Source: Candidatus Bathyarchaeota archaeon (GTDB lineage Archaea; Thermoproteota; Bathyarchaeia; 40CM-2-53-6; RBG-13-38-9). From it: a DNA stretch of 64,000 bases. A model generated the notes under the pieces. The model made no database searches, was not told where the DNA came from, and saw only the letters and a program-made list of their open reading frames with translations. Positions 49,061 to 59,161 of this stretch are shown in pieces (position 1 is the first letter of the stretch; each line of letters starts with the position of its first letter). The translations under genes were made by a program, and so were the position numbers. Location of the stretch: assembly GCA_963807605.1 (NCBI GenBank), contig CAWECG010000004.1, positions 352,001 to 416,000 on the forward strand. Direction: 5' to 3'.

Positions 49061-50139
49061 TGCTGTGTTGCGCGACTAGGTTTCAGTGATGTTTTTCGCT
49101 TTTGTTGGCTGTCTTCAGGTTTCGTCTAGCCGTGTGTTGCTGTGGTTGTTTCTATCAGCATGTTGTATAGTGAGGCTTTGATCATCATCTCCTGTGCCAT
49201 GTTTTGCATCGTTTTGGCTGAGACGTATTCTCCGAAGGTTCGCTTCAGCGATGAGAAGGCTGATTCAGCCATCCATCTATACCCGTAGCCATGATTGTGT
49301 TTCCAGGCTTCAGGGTCTTTGAGGTATTCTTGGGCTACGAGCTTTCTGGGCATGCATCCTCCGGCCCTGCTGGATGTGTTCTTGCGCACCTTGATGGCTG
49401 GCTCAATCCCTTTTGCGTTGAGATAGCGGAAGTTGCTTTTCATATCGTATGCTCCGTCGCCAATTGCCTTGGCGACCTTACCTTTCTTGGAGGCTTCATC
49501 AACAAGCGGCTGGAGCATCCCTCCGTCACCTGTCTTCTCATCCGTCACCTTCAAGGCGAGTATCTTCTTCCGCTTTACATCAACGGCGATATGGATCTTG
49601 AGGTATCCGCGTCTCACCTTCCATTTATGGCGTATCCATTCGCCGCGGTTAGCCACCTTGATGCCTGATGCGTCCACCGCCAGGACTATGTCGTCGCCAT
49701 AATCTTTCTCATCCAGCTTCACATCTAACCTGTTCACGCGTCTATCTATGGTTGAATAGTCAGGCACATGGATCCTTGAGTCGAATCTTCTCAGGGCTTT
49801 GAGGAATCCTTCTGTCTGCCTGTAGGGTAGGTGGAATAGCAGGTGCATGTAGCCTAGAAGCCTGATGAAGATCTCAGGGTAGACGTATTGTCCACCTTCC
49901 TTCCCAGTATTCATCTTTTCAAGCTCAATGTTCCACCTGTCAAGGATGCGTGGGTCAAGCAGGATCTCCCCACGCTTCACGAGACCCTCATTGATGCGTC
50001 TCCAATCTCTAGCAGCCAATCACAATCGTGGAATAGTTCTCTCACAGGCAATATAGATCATCCAACCACTTCCACGTCAATAAACCGAAAACTCAAACCT
50101 ACATCCATAAACAAAAATGTCTAGTCATGCAACACAGCA
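49061..50139 (-). mobile_element. Complete IS5-family insertion sequence (1079 bp)
   Basis: 19-bp TIRs TGCTGTGTTGCGCGACTAG (49061-49079) and CTAGTCATGCAACACAGCA (50121-50139), 17/19 match; 8-bp target duplication GTTAAATA at 49053-49060 and 50140-50147. Confidence 0.95.
49126..50019 (-). CDS. IS5-family DDE transposase
   Basis: N.GLV.RG, LPYRQTEG, PDYSTI.RR, VDASG, GDGAYD, Y..RW..ES.FS..K. Confidence 0.95.
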   Translation of the reverse strand: MAARDWRRINEGLVKRGEILLDPRILDRWNIELEKMNTGKEGGQYVYPEIFIRLLGYMHLLFHLPYRQTEGFLKALRRFDSRIHVPDYSTIDRRVNRLDVKLDEKDYGDDIVLAVDASGIKVANRGEWIRHKWKVRRGYLKIHIAVDVKRKKILALKVTDEKTGDGGMLQPLVDEASKKGKVAKAIGDGAYDMKSNFRYLNAKGIEPAIKVRKNTSSRAGGCMPRKLVAQEYLKDPEAWKHNHGYGYRWMAESAFSSLKRTFGEYVSAKTMQNMAQEMMIKASLYNMLIETTTATHG

Positions 50140-50600
50140 GTTAAATACAGTTGAAGGATCGCCAGACGGAAAGGTCCTCCGGCAGGATTTTGGTCTTGGA
50201 GATCTCTTCTGCCATCTGAAAATAGTACTTTCACAAGCCGAGATATTTTGAGGCCACGATCGAGATTGTATCCGCCTATCTGTTGGAAAGGCACAGACTT
50301 CGCATCAGCGGAAAACCAACTTGCCGAAACCAGTTCTAATGATCATCAGCTTACGCTAGTGACGTTTCATGAAACTGGCCTCGTATAGAATTATCCCCGC
50401 AGTCATGATTCGAATGATCTAACACGCACCGCAAAGACAATATCGACCGAAAAGAGATGTACAACAAGAAAAAACAATCCGTGCTGAAATAATACATAGT
50501 ACGATCGGCAAGTCAGTTGTCCACGAGCTTGCGATCCGCCAACAAGACTTAAGATGATCGTAGTGAGATGATTCAATATTGTTTGGCAGGATGATCGCAC

Positions 50601-51731
50601 TTGCGAAGTTTTCTGAAGATAAATCAGCCTTCCCTTGGGAATGATGAGGTTGAAGCTGTTTCTGAGGTCCTTAGGGACGGCATTCTGACCGACAAGAGCG
50701 GCTGCGGACCGAGAGTCCTCAAATTTGAAAAGGAGTTTTCGCGTTACGTCGGGGCTAGATACGCTATTGCCGTTAACAGCGGCACGTCTGCCCTTCACGC
50801 ATCGCTCTTGGCTCTGGAAATCAGGCATGGAGACGAGGTTCTCCTTCCATCATTCACCTTCTCGGCAACCGCCGAAGTAGTTTTGCTGGCAGGAGCCAAG
50901 CCTGTATTCGTTGATATCGATTCGAGAACTTACTGCATGAGGACAGACGGCTTGGAAAGCAAGATCTCAAACCGCACAAGCGCGATAATGCCGGTGCACC
51001 TCTACGGACTTCCAGCGGATATGGGGCATATCAAGGAAATCGCCCACAAACACGGTTTGACCGTCATAGAGGATGCGGCCCAAGCCCTCGGAGCTCAATA
51101 CAGGGACAAGAGGATCGGCTCGTTAAGCGACGCGACCTGTTTCAGCTTCTATGCCGTCAAGAACATTACGACGGGGGGAGAGGGAGGGATGATCACCACT
51201 AACGACAGTGACGTAGCAGAAAAAATGAGATCCATCAGGGTGCATGGCGAGGAAAGACCATACTGGGTCTCAGGGCTAGGACACAACTATAGAATGACCG
51301 AGATGGCGGCATCGATCGGCTCAGTGCAACTTAAGAAACTGCCTGACTTCCTAGAAAAACGCCGAAGAAACTCAGGCTACCTGTCCGAGAAACTGAAAGA
51401 TCTTAAGAAGGTGGAGTTACCCGTTGAGCCAGAAGACAGAAAGCACGCTTGGCACCTTTACACGCTCAGGCTAAAAGGTGCAAATGCGGGTAAACGTAAT
51501 AGAGTGGTCGATAAGCTTCGCAGCAAGAACATCGGAGCGGCAGTCTACTACGAAACACCCGTGCATCTCCAACCTCTTTATCGAAAGCTGAGCAGTTCTC
51601 ATCGCAGCGACTTACTTGAGACTGAGAGGGCAGCTAGGCAGGTCTTTTCTCTTCCAATACATCCTGCGGTGAAGCGAGAAGACTTGGACGAGGTTGCCTC
51701 AGATCTAGAGAAGATCCTTTCAAGACAATAG
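50601..51731 (+). CDS. DegT/DnrJ/EryC1/StrS PLP aminotransferase
   Basis: NSGTSAL, PVHLYG, EDAAQALG, SFY..KNITTG.EGG. Confidence 0.93.
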   Translation: MRSFLKINQPSLGNDEVEAVSEVLRDGILTDKSGCGPRVLKFEKEFSRYVGARYAIAVNSGTSALHASLLALEIRHGDEVLLPSFTFSATAEVVLLAGAKPVFVDIDSRTYCMRTDGLESKISNRTSAIMPVHLYGLPADMGHIKEIAHKHGLTVIEDAAQALGAQYRDKRIGSLSDATCFSFYAVKNITTGGEGGMITTNDSDVAEKMRSIRVHGEERPYWVSGLGHNYRMTEMAASIGSVQLKKLPDFLEKRRRNSGYLSEKLKDLKKVELPVEPEDRKHAWHLYTLRLKGANAGKRNRVVDKLRSKNIGAAVYYETPVHLQPLYRKLSSSHRSDLLETERAARQVFSLPIHPAVKREDLDEVASDLEKILSRQ

Positions 51732-51833
51732 GCATCGACTAGAACAACTCCTAGAGGTCACGATCAAATCGTCATCGGGCAGCTGACCTTTCTTTAGCCC
51801 GGGCAGGAATTAAGTTTCACTGGTGTAAAGGCA

Positions 51834-52208
51834 TTGACCGAAAGTGTCTCCAGGACAAAAATCAGGTTCATCATAGAGGATAAGGGCGAGTCGGAAGGGG
51901 AACTGATTAGATATCTTGCCCCCAGAACAGTGGAGGCATTGCTTCGATCGATGCCAATCCATGGAATAACTGCGATCACGAAGGGAATAGTCTATTTTCA
52001 AACGCCTGTTAAGGTCGGGAGCGAGAAGCCTAGGATACAGGTTGAAGCGGGCACTCTAGCTTACTGGCCTGTGAGCTCTGCTGTCTGCATTTGCCTCGAG
52101 AACATTCAACCCTACAGCGCGTTGAATGTGATTGGCAAGATTACGGGCAACTTGGCAATTTTAGAACAAGTAGGGTCTGGCAAGAGAGTAAGGATGGAGA
52201 AAATCTAA
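51834..52208 (+). CDS. Cyclophilin-like fold protein
   Basis: AP.TV..L...PI, YF..PV, G.LAYWP, N.IG.I. Confidence 0.78.
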   Translation: MTESVSRTKIRFIIEDKGESEGELIRYLAPRTVEALLRSMPIHGITAITKGIVYFQTPVKVGSEKPRIQVEAGTLAYWPVSSAVCICLENIQPYSALNVIGKITGNLAILEQVGSGKRVRMEKI

Positions 52209-52252
52209 GTGGAAGGAATGATCCATCCACCCAACAACCGACTCTAAGATCT

Positions 52253-52582
52253 TTAGGCTGCGGCGGCCTGATATATCCTAACCCTAGCGTTGCCTCCGGC
52301 AGACTTCACAACATGTTTCTTTGCAAGCTCCTCTAGCAGATCCTTAGCCAGACTTATCTTTAGATTAAACTGGGAAGCCAGAGAGTAAGGAGTTAGAACG
52401 CTCATTTTGGAGATCTCTGAAAGAAATCTTTCATCATTGATGTCAGGCATACTTATACTCCTTTCTTTCTTTTCGAACTCACCCTTTCCCTTGGCTTTGG
52501 GTTTCTTGATCTGCTGCTTCTGCTCAGGATTTGCCTGTGAATCATCCATTTTGGAAATACTTTTCTTCTTTGCGCCACCCAA
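52253..52582 (-). CDS. rps25e: 30S ribosomal protein S25e
   Basis: GG.KKK N-terminus, LTPY.LA....KISLAK.LL.EL, IY; TTG at 52582. Confidence 0.88.
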   Translation of the reverse strand: MGGAKKKSISKMDDSQANPEQKQQIKKPKAKGKGEFEKKERSISMPDINDERFLSEISKMSVLTPYSLASQFNLKISLAKDLLEELAKKHVVKSAGGNARVRIYQAAAA

Positions 52583-52682
52583 TAGGTTCACCGGATGTGA
52601 AAACGAAGTCTTGCATGATAAAAGTCTTTTGCAGAGAGGGTGGGACAAAGAATGACATGGTTCTGCAACCACCTAAGTCGAT

Positions 52683-52951
52683 TCAGGACCTTGTGATTAC
52701 GATCTTGTATTCCTCGTGTCCTAGCGTGCAACCCAGCTTCTCTGCAGCGTTCTCTGTGTGCGATTCGTTTGTCTCGCTAGGGTCGAAGGTGACGTAGAGT
52801 TGACAAAGCATCTAACTTGTCCATCATCAAGGCCTTCATTTCTCTTTGAGCGTTTTTCTATTTTGGGCACGCAAGATGGACATTCGAGACCTCTAAGAGA
52901 GGTCTAACTATTGACCTCTCTCTATTTGTCTTTGGGCTTATTGTCTGACAA
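52683..52951 (-). pseudogene. Decayed heavy-metal-associated (CopZ-like) chaperone gene
   Basis: Manual translation: GLECPSCVPKIEK in one frame, LYVTFDPSETNE...AEKLG in another, with stops and shifts between. Confidence 0.6.
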
Positions 52952-53086
52952 GCATGATTTCTCGTTGTGACAATTCAGGAGAAGGCTCTGGCGTCTCCAG
53001 CAGAACCTGCAGAGAACCGCCTCTGATCAACTTAGTGTGATTGTTAGGCGTGCAAGTTCTACTATATCAGTCGTTCCGGGCGTGAT

Positions 53087-54160
53087 TCACCGCTCTCTCG
53101 ATCCGCTGATGTACTCCTCAACCCATCCTTTTGCGATGCTGGTAGATGCCTGAACGGGCGGGTGCTTGAATGCGTAGGAGGATATGCTGACTAAAGGTCC
53201 ACTTACCTTTCTGTCCAACGCCAGTTTGACAGCTCTGATTACATCTATTATTACTCCTCCACTGTTTGGTGCGTCCCAAATGTCTAGTTTAACGTCAACA
53301 CTGGCTGGTGACTCGCCGAAGTATCTGCCTCTGAGACGAATGTAACAGATCTTCTTGTTATCTAGGAAATCAACATAATCGCTTGGCCCGATCCTCAAGG
53401 GGACATCGTAAGGGATCATAGCCTGTACCGCGCTTGTCTTGCTTATCCTCTTTGACTTCAGCCGCTCCTCTTCCAACATGTTCAGAAAGTCCGTATCGCC
53501 ACCTATATTCAACTGGTAGCTCTCATCAATCTTAACCCCTCGATCCACAAGCAACTTCGCCAACGTCTTATGCAGGACTGTTGCGCCCAGTTGGCTCATC
53601 ACATCATCGCCTGCAACTGGAAGACCTGCCGATCTGAATCGTTCCTGCCAGCCTTCGTTTGAGGCTATGAAGACCGGGATGCAATTGATCAAGGCACATC
53701 CCGCTTTGAGCGCCTGCTCAGCGTACCATCGTGTAGCTTTCTCACTTCCAACAGGCAGGTAATTGACCAGAACATCTGCGTTAGATTGACGAAGAACATC
53801 AGCCACCTCAACGTCCTTCTGGTCCTTCTCGACCTTAACAACCGGCTTTAGGTACTTGCCAAGACCGTCCATAACTGGTCCACGTAACACTGTCACTCCT
53901 GCATTCGGAGGTCTCGCGAAGATCCGGGTATTATTCGGTTTGGAGAAAATCGCCTCGCTGAGATCCCTACCAACCTTTCTTGAATCAACATCAAAAGCGG
54001 CGACGAACTTTATGTTTGACGGGTGGTACCCTCCAAACTTGACGTGAAGCAAGCCTGGAACGATTTCATTCTCTGGCGCTTCCTTGTAGAAGTGAACTCC
54101 TTGAATGACTGCTGATGCACAGTTTCCAACGCCAGCAATCGCGACATTGATGTTTGACAA
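53087..54160 (-). CDS. ino1: Myo-inositol-1-phosphate synthase, copy 1
   Basis: GVGNCAS, NYLPVGS, YQLNIGG..DF.N, SK.ISK, DAPNSGG, KHPP. Confidence 0.92.
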   Translation of the reverse strand: MSNINVAIAGVGNCASAVIQGVHFYKEAPENEIVPGLLHVKFGGYHPSNIKFVAAFDVDSRKVGRDLSEAIFSKPNNTRIFARPPNAGVTVLRGPVMDGLGKYLKPVVKVEKDQKDVEVADVLRQSNADVLVNYLPVGSEKATRWYAEQALKAGCALINCIPVFIASNEGWQERFRSAGLPVAGDDVMSQLGATVLHKTLAKLLVDRGVKIDESYQLNIGGDTDFLNMLEEERLKSKRISKTSAVQAMIPYDVPLRIGPSDYVDFLDNKKICYIRLRGRYFGESPASVDVKLDIWDAPNSGGVIIDVIRAVKLALDRKVSGPLVSISSYAFKHPPVQASTSIAKGWVEEYISGSRER

Positions 54161-54264
54161 TGGAATTGTCCCCTAGTGTTTTTCCTCATTGATAGATTGG
54201 TAGGGTAGAAAAGTCTTGCTTAGCCACGAGCCTGATTAAGTGAGTCAGATTCAAACAACCTCTT

Positions 54265-55047
54265 TCAGTTTGACTCAAGCGCTGAAATCGCCTCATCTCT
54301 GATCGATCGTGCAGATTCTGTGGGATTCGCGGAGTCATAGATGGCTCTTCCAACGATGAGGTAATCAGCTCCGGCCTTGACCGCTTCCTTGGAAGAGCCT
54401 CCCTGCACGGCTATCCCAGGAGAGTATATGGGCACTCTACCTTGGAGAATTGCCCTCGTTGAGGTAATCTTCTCAAGATGCGTTGCTCCCACGACAGCGC
54501 CATCGGCGTCCCAAGCCAACGCTCTCTCAGCGAAGATCATAAACTGCGGGCGTTCCCTACCAGTCTTGATATCGACCACGGTTTGGCCATAACCTTCGGC
54601 GGCTCCTTTGTGGCTCATATGAACCAGAAGGATCACACCCTTACCTCTAGCCGATGCTTCCCTGAAGACTGAGTCCAGCCCACCCTCCCAGCCTACGAAC
54701 GGCGATGCTATAAGAGCATCGAAGCCAGCATCGAAGTACTGTACCGCGGTGGCTAAGTTTGTGTGAGCGACATCGTTGAGTTTTGCGTCCATTATCGTTA
54801 CTAACCCAAAATCATGGGCGCGTTCGAGAAGATCCTTGATTTCTCTGTCCAAACACAATCTTAGAACGAGAGGTCTGTTTAGCTTCAAAGCGCAAATGTA
54901 AGGCGAGACTGCCTCAAGTATGTCAATGCATCTTGTGGAAAGAGCCGTTCTATCACGATCAGTCAGATCAAGGGCTAAGACTATTTTGGTCTTCAGCCTT
55001 TCAGATGCTTGGTTGATGGACCTCTTGAAGGTCGACAATCCCATCAA
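54265..55047 (-). CDS. pyrF: Orotidine 5'-phosphate decarboxylase
   Basis: VLALD, DAKLND..HT, SPGI..QGG, IVGR.I. Confidence 0.92.
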   Translation of the reverse strand: MMGLSTFKRSINQASERLKTKIVLALDLTDRDRTALSTRCIDILEAVSPYICALKLNRPLVLRLCLDREIKDLLERAHDFGLVTIMDAKLNDVAHTNLATAVQYFDAGFDALIASPFVGWEGGLDSVFREASARGKGVILLVHMSHKGAAEGYGQTVVDIKTGRERPQFMIFAERALAWDADGAVVGATHLEKITSTRAILQGRVPIYSPGIAVQGGSSKEAVKAGADYLIVGRAIYDSANPTESARSIRDEAISALESN

Positions 55048-55048
55048 C

Positions 55049-56167
55049 CTAGGGTCTGGGGGTCACCTTGCCTGATCTCCGGTCTTTGGCGAACATGTTG
55101 AAGAACCGGGTTGCTTCGTCAAAAGGTAGAGGTTTGGGCGGCATCTTGAATCCGTATGCGCAGACTTCCAATGGCACTCCGGTGATTCTGCGATCCTTTG
55201 CGAGCTTCAGTGCTCTTATGACGTCTACGAGTACCGCAGCGCATGCGGGTCCTTCAACAACGTTTAAGGTCATATCGAGAGTGAACTCGGCTTGACCGAA
55301 GTACTCTCCTTTCACCCAGAAGTGGCTCGTTCTGGAGTTCTTCATGAATTCGACATAGTCCGATGATCCCGCGGCCATTGGGAATTTGTATGGAATGGCA
55401 GAACTTACGGCTTTTATCTTTATCTTTCTCTTGATCCAGTATCTTTCTCGTTCGAGAGCATTGAGAGACTCCATTCCCCCGCCTATGTCGAGTTGGTAGC
55501 TCTCGTCGATCTTTACGCCTCTTCGCGCAAGCATTCTTAATATGGATTCGTGGAGGATAGTCGATCCGACCTGATTCTTTATGTCGTCGCCAACGAGTTG
55601 GAGTCGGGCAGAACTGAATTTTCGTTGCCAGAGCCCATCCGCAGCTAACTTGGTAGGGGTTGCATTCAAGAAGGCGCAACCAGCGTCAAGGGCCTCTTTA
55701 GCATAGAACTTCGTGGCTTTGGTTGCCCCTGTGGGCAGGAGATTAACCAAGATCTCTGCCTTCGTTTCTCGAAGAAGGTTCGAAACGTCTGCTGGCATCG
55801 AAGGGTCAACTGGGACTTTTCCTTTGGAGTAGTATCCCAGACCGTCAAGCAGCGGTCCCTTTCTGACCGTGACGCCGATCTTAGGGACTTCACTGAATTT
55901 AGGAGTGTTATTTGGATTAAGGAAGATTGCGTCAGAGAGGTCGCGTCCGATCTTGTCACTGTTGACGTCTATGGCGGTCACGAATTCGATATTCGCGACT
56001 CGATATCGGCCAACTCTCTCAGACATTAGTCCGACATTTCTCTTTCGTTTGGAGGCAGCATAATAATGGACTCCTTGTACTAAGGCTGAGCAGCAGTTAC
56101 CTACTCCTACGACAGCGACGTTGATCTTGCTCATCTTGAACTCACGATTGGCATTGATGTAGGACAT
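55049..56167 (-). CDS. Divergent inositol-1-phosphate synthase paralog
   Basis: GVGNC, GDDIK, YQL, K.PP retained, other motifs altered; probable start at MSKINV. Confidence 0.8.
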   Translation of the reverse strand: MSYINANREFKMSKINVAVVGVGNCCSALVQGVHYYAASKRKRNVGLMSERVGRYRVANIEFVTAIDVNSDKIGRDLSDAIFLNPNNTPKFSEVPKIGVTVRKGPLLDGLGYYSKGKVPVDPSMPADVSNLLRETKAEILVNLLPTGATKATKFYAKEALDAGCAFLNATPTKLAADGLWQRKFSSARLQLVGDDIKNQVGSTILHESILRMLARRGVKIDESYQLDIGGGMESLNALERERYWIKRKIKIKAVSSAIPYKFPMAAGSSDYVEFMKNSRTSHFWVKGEYFGQAEFTLDMTLNVVEGPACAAVLVDVIRALKLAKDRRITGVPLEVCAYGFKMPPKPLPFDEATRFFNMFAKDRRSGKVTPRP

Positions 56168-56271
56168 CCACTTGAAAAGGTTATATTCTCACTGAAATGG
56201 CGGCTGAGTAGAGCTGGTTCCCGTACACTACTTTGATCAAAGGCTGAGTGATATCATACGACACTTGAAGT

Positions 56272-57015
56272 TCAAGGTAAGAATGGCAGGCTGTCAACAT
56301 CTATCAGTTTAGCGTAGAAATATTTGGCTTCAGACGTGTTGGAAACGAACTCCAGCTTCTCGCCTGTGGGCTTCGAGGCATTATATCGGATGAAGGCTCC
56401 TTGAGGGGGCGCCTTCATCCTGTAGTAAAAGAATACTGGTAGCGCATCAGCTTCAAAATAGTGCTCAAAGGGAATCACCACTCCAACCTGATGTTCCCCT
56501 GCCTTTTCCAAATGCCACAACGGAAAGACCGTGCCTTCTCTTACTGATAGAGGAACGAGGACACGCATTATAGATCTTAGGTCGTCCACCTCCATTAGCA
56601 GAGGTTTCGCTGGCTTTGAGTACTTGCCTTCAAGAGAATCTCTGAAGAGAGCAGGAGTCTCCTTCATATTGATTATCGAGGCATACCTGTATCTCGTATC
56701 ATCGAAACTGTCGCTGTAGGACCATTCTTCTCCCGCTGGAGTGTCACATCTATATGCTAGAAACGGTTTCGTGGGTTTCTCGCCTATTAGATAAGCTAAC
56801 AGTGGCAAATCTCCGTTCCAGTACATGTATGCTGTGAAGAAGCATAGGGCAAACTTGTCTTTGAATGGAAGAGTCCAAGCTATCTGAGAGCCTTCGCTAA
56901 AGGCAAGCATGAGCCTTGCAAAATTCTTCATGTCAGGCACCCTGATCGGGATGGGCGGTTTGTCTGAGATCAAGGATAGAGGTCCCCGCTGATACAACTT
57001 AAAGGAGGGCGTCAC
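56272..57015 (-). CDS. Hypothetical protein made of two homologous ~115-aa domains
   Basis: Both halves show P...V.D.....R, LP...Y, F..Y....GE, Y.YA..I. Confidence 0.75.
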   Translation of the reverse strand: MTPSFKLYQRGPLSLISDKPPIPIRVPDMKNFARLMLAFSEGSQIAWTLPFKDKFALCFFTAYMYWNGDLPLLAYLIGEKPTKPFLAYRCDTPAGEEWSYSDSFDDTRYRYASIINMKETPALFRDSLEGKYSKPAKPLLMEVDDLRSIMRVLVPLSVREGTVFPLWHLEKAGEHQVGVVIPFEHYFEADALPVFFYYRMKAPPQGAFIRYNASKPTGEKLEFVSNTSEAKYFYAKLIDVDSLPFLP

Positions 57016-57068
57016 ATTGATAAGAGCCTTTCTGGTGATGGCGGATTACTGACTACTGATAATCTCAA

Positions 57069-59120
57069 ATGAATCCGTCAGTTAGGACTCTTTCTTCCCG
57101 CTCCACATGCAAAATCAACAGAGTCAACTACACTCAACCTTTTCTATGTCTCCATGCTTCAAAAATATTAGAGAATCAATTGTGCGAGAGGGGGAGAATT
57201 CTGTCTGGGACATCGGACTCCTGGTCGAGGAGGCTATATTCAACTGTCAAAGAAGGCGAGAGTCTACTCGATGCGTTGGAATCTCAGGGGCACAGTATCC
57301 TCTCTATGTGTGGGGGCCGAGGGTTGTGTGGGAAATGCAAGGTGGTCATTCTCAAGGGCTCAGGTAACCTGACGCGTGTTACCCAAACCGAAAAAATACA
57401 TCTGTTAAGCTCAGACCTCAAAGCGGGTTACAGACTGGCCTGTCTCGCCAAATCAACCAGATCGACTACCGTTGAGATTATGATACCGCCCGAAAGCGAG
57501 CAAACACAACAGAGGTTCGTCATCTCCGGGCTGACTCCACCTGTCAAGTTGTTACCGCCTATAAGAAAGGTGTTCGTCAGGTCTCGACCCCCCACCCTTA
57601 AAGACCCCACAGCTGACCTTGAACGCTTGATTGGGACACTGAGGAAGAAGGGAAAGTCAGAGATATCAGGAATAGGCTACAATACCCTGAAGTCTTTACC
57701 AAGACTCCTAAGACTCGATGACTGGAGGGTGACAGCCTCCATCTTCAAAAATGAGGAAATAGTTGGACTTGAGGCAGGGGACAAGACAGGTTCTTGCTAC
57801 GGTTTTGCAATTGACGTTGGCACGACTAAACTTGCAGGCTACCTCGTCGATCTGAAAGAGGGTGAAACTACCTCCACCGTCTCAAGTCTGAATCCACAAA
57901 CCAAGTTTGGTGCAGATATCATATCGAGAATAGCATATGCCATGAAAGGTGAAGAGGCCCTCGCTGAGCTGAACAGGTCCGTTGTCGACGGCATCAATAA
58001 GCTGATTCGCGACGCTTGCCAACTGGCGGGGTTGTCAACTAAGGATGTCATCGATGTATCCGTGGCGGGTAACACTGCAATGCATCATATCTTTCTCGGC
58101 ATCTCTCCACGCTACCTCTCCCTCTCTCCATATCCAGCAGGTCTGAAGAGAGGCTTGGAGTTGAGGGCTACCGATCTTGGTTTAGAGACTGCTCCAGATT
58201 CCCGGGTTTACATGTTTCCAATCATAGCCGGCTTTGTTGGCGGCGATGCTATTGCAGACATTATCGCAACAGGCATGCATTCAACACGAGAGCTCTCGAT
58301 GCTTATTGACATAGGAACTAATGCCGAGATAGTTCTGGGGAACAGGGACTGGCTGGTCGCATGTTCATGTGCTTCTGGACCGGCTTTCGAGGGAGCTCAC
58401 ATTAAGCATGGCATGCGTGCAGCAGAGGGTGCGATAGAGAGGATATGGATCGACCCCCAAACTCTGAATGTTTCGTACAAAGCCGTTGGTGGAGTCAAAC
58501 CTGTTGGGATATGTGGTTCAGCAATAGTCGAAGGCGTGGCGGAGATGTTCAGGGTTGGCATATTGGATTCAAGGGGACGCATGCGTAGCGACAGAAGCGC
58601 GGAGAGTCTCAGGGAGGCCGATGGCTCAATGGAGATAGTGATAACTTCGAAGAGGAATTCTGGAATAGATGACGATATTGTGATAACTCAGTCGGATGTT
58701 CGGGAGATACAGCTCGCAAAGGCCGCAGTTTATACCGGTATAGCAATCCTAATGAAACACAGGCATATCAAGCCCCGAGAGATAGAGAGAGTCTTTCTTG
58801 CCGGGGCTTTTGGAACATACATCGATCCTGCCAGTGCTCGCGACATTGGGATGTTTCCGGAAATTTCCCTTGGAAGAATTCAGTTTGTGGGTAATACTGC
58901 CGGATCTGGAGCTAGGATGGCCTTGATCTCCAGTCAAACAAGAAAGCTTGCTGAGAGAATCGCCTCCAAAGTTGAATATGTGGAGCTTGGCGCTGACCCA
59001 GACTTTCAGAGGGAGTTTATCTCAGCCATAGACTTCCCGAATGCTAAGAAGGAACTCTTCCCAACTGTCAACAAAATCATTGAACGAAACTATCACATTT
59101 CCGAGTCAGAGAAGAATTAG
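57069..59120 (+). CDS. ASKHA ATPase reductive activator of corrinoid proteins (RACo/AcsV type) with N-terminal 2Fe-2S
   Basis: CGGRGLCGKC..RLAC, DVGTT, GADIISR, DIGTN.E, GPAFEG, GICGS, AGAFG; true start probably downstream of 57069. Confidence 0.92.
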   Translation: MNPSVRTLSSRSTCKINRVNYTQPFLCLHASKILENQLCERGRILSGTSDSWSRRLYSTVKEGESLLDALESQGHSILSMCGGRGLCGKCKVVILKGSGNLTRVTQTEKIHLLSSDLKAGYRLACLAKSTRSTTVEIMIPPESEQTQQRFVISGLTPPVKLLPPIRKVFVRSRPPTLKDPTADLERLIGTLRKKGKSEISGIGYNTLKSLPRLLRLDDWRVTASIFKNEEIVGLEAGDKTGSCYGFAIDVGTTKLAGYLVDLKEGETTSTVSSLNPQTKFGADIISRIAYAMKGEEALAELNRSVVDGINKLIRDACQLAGLSTKDVIDVSVAGNTAMHHIFLGISPRYLSLSPYPAGLKRGLELRATDLGLETAPDSRVYMFPIIAGFVGGDAIADIIATGMHSTRELSMLIDIGTNAEIVLGNRDWLVACSCASGPAFEGAHIKHGMRAAEGAIERIWIDPQTLNVSYKAVGGVKPVGICGSAIVEGVAEMFRVGILDSRGRMRSDRSAESLREADGSMEIVITSKRNSGIDDDIVITQSDVREIQLAKAAVYTGIAILMKHRHIKPREIERVFLAGAFGTYIDPASARDIGMFPEISLGRIQFVGNTAGSGARMALISSQTRKLAERIASKVEYVELGADPDFQREFISAIDFPNAKKELFPTVNKIIERNYHISESEKN

Positions 59121-59161
59121 AAACCAGAAATCTGGCCAGTAGGGTCTGAACCTGTTCCGTG

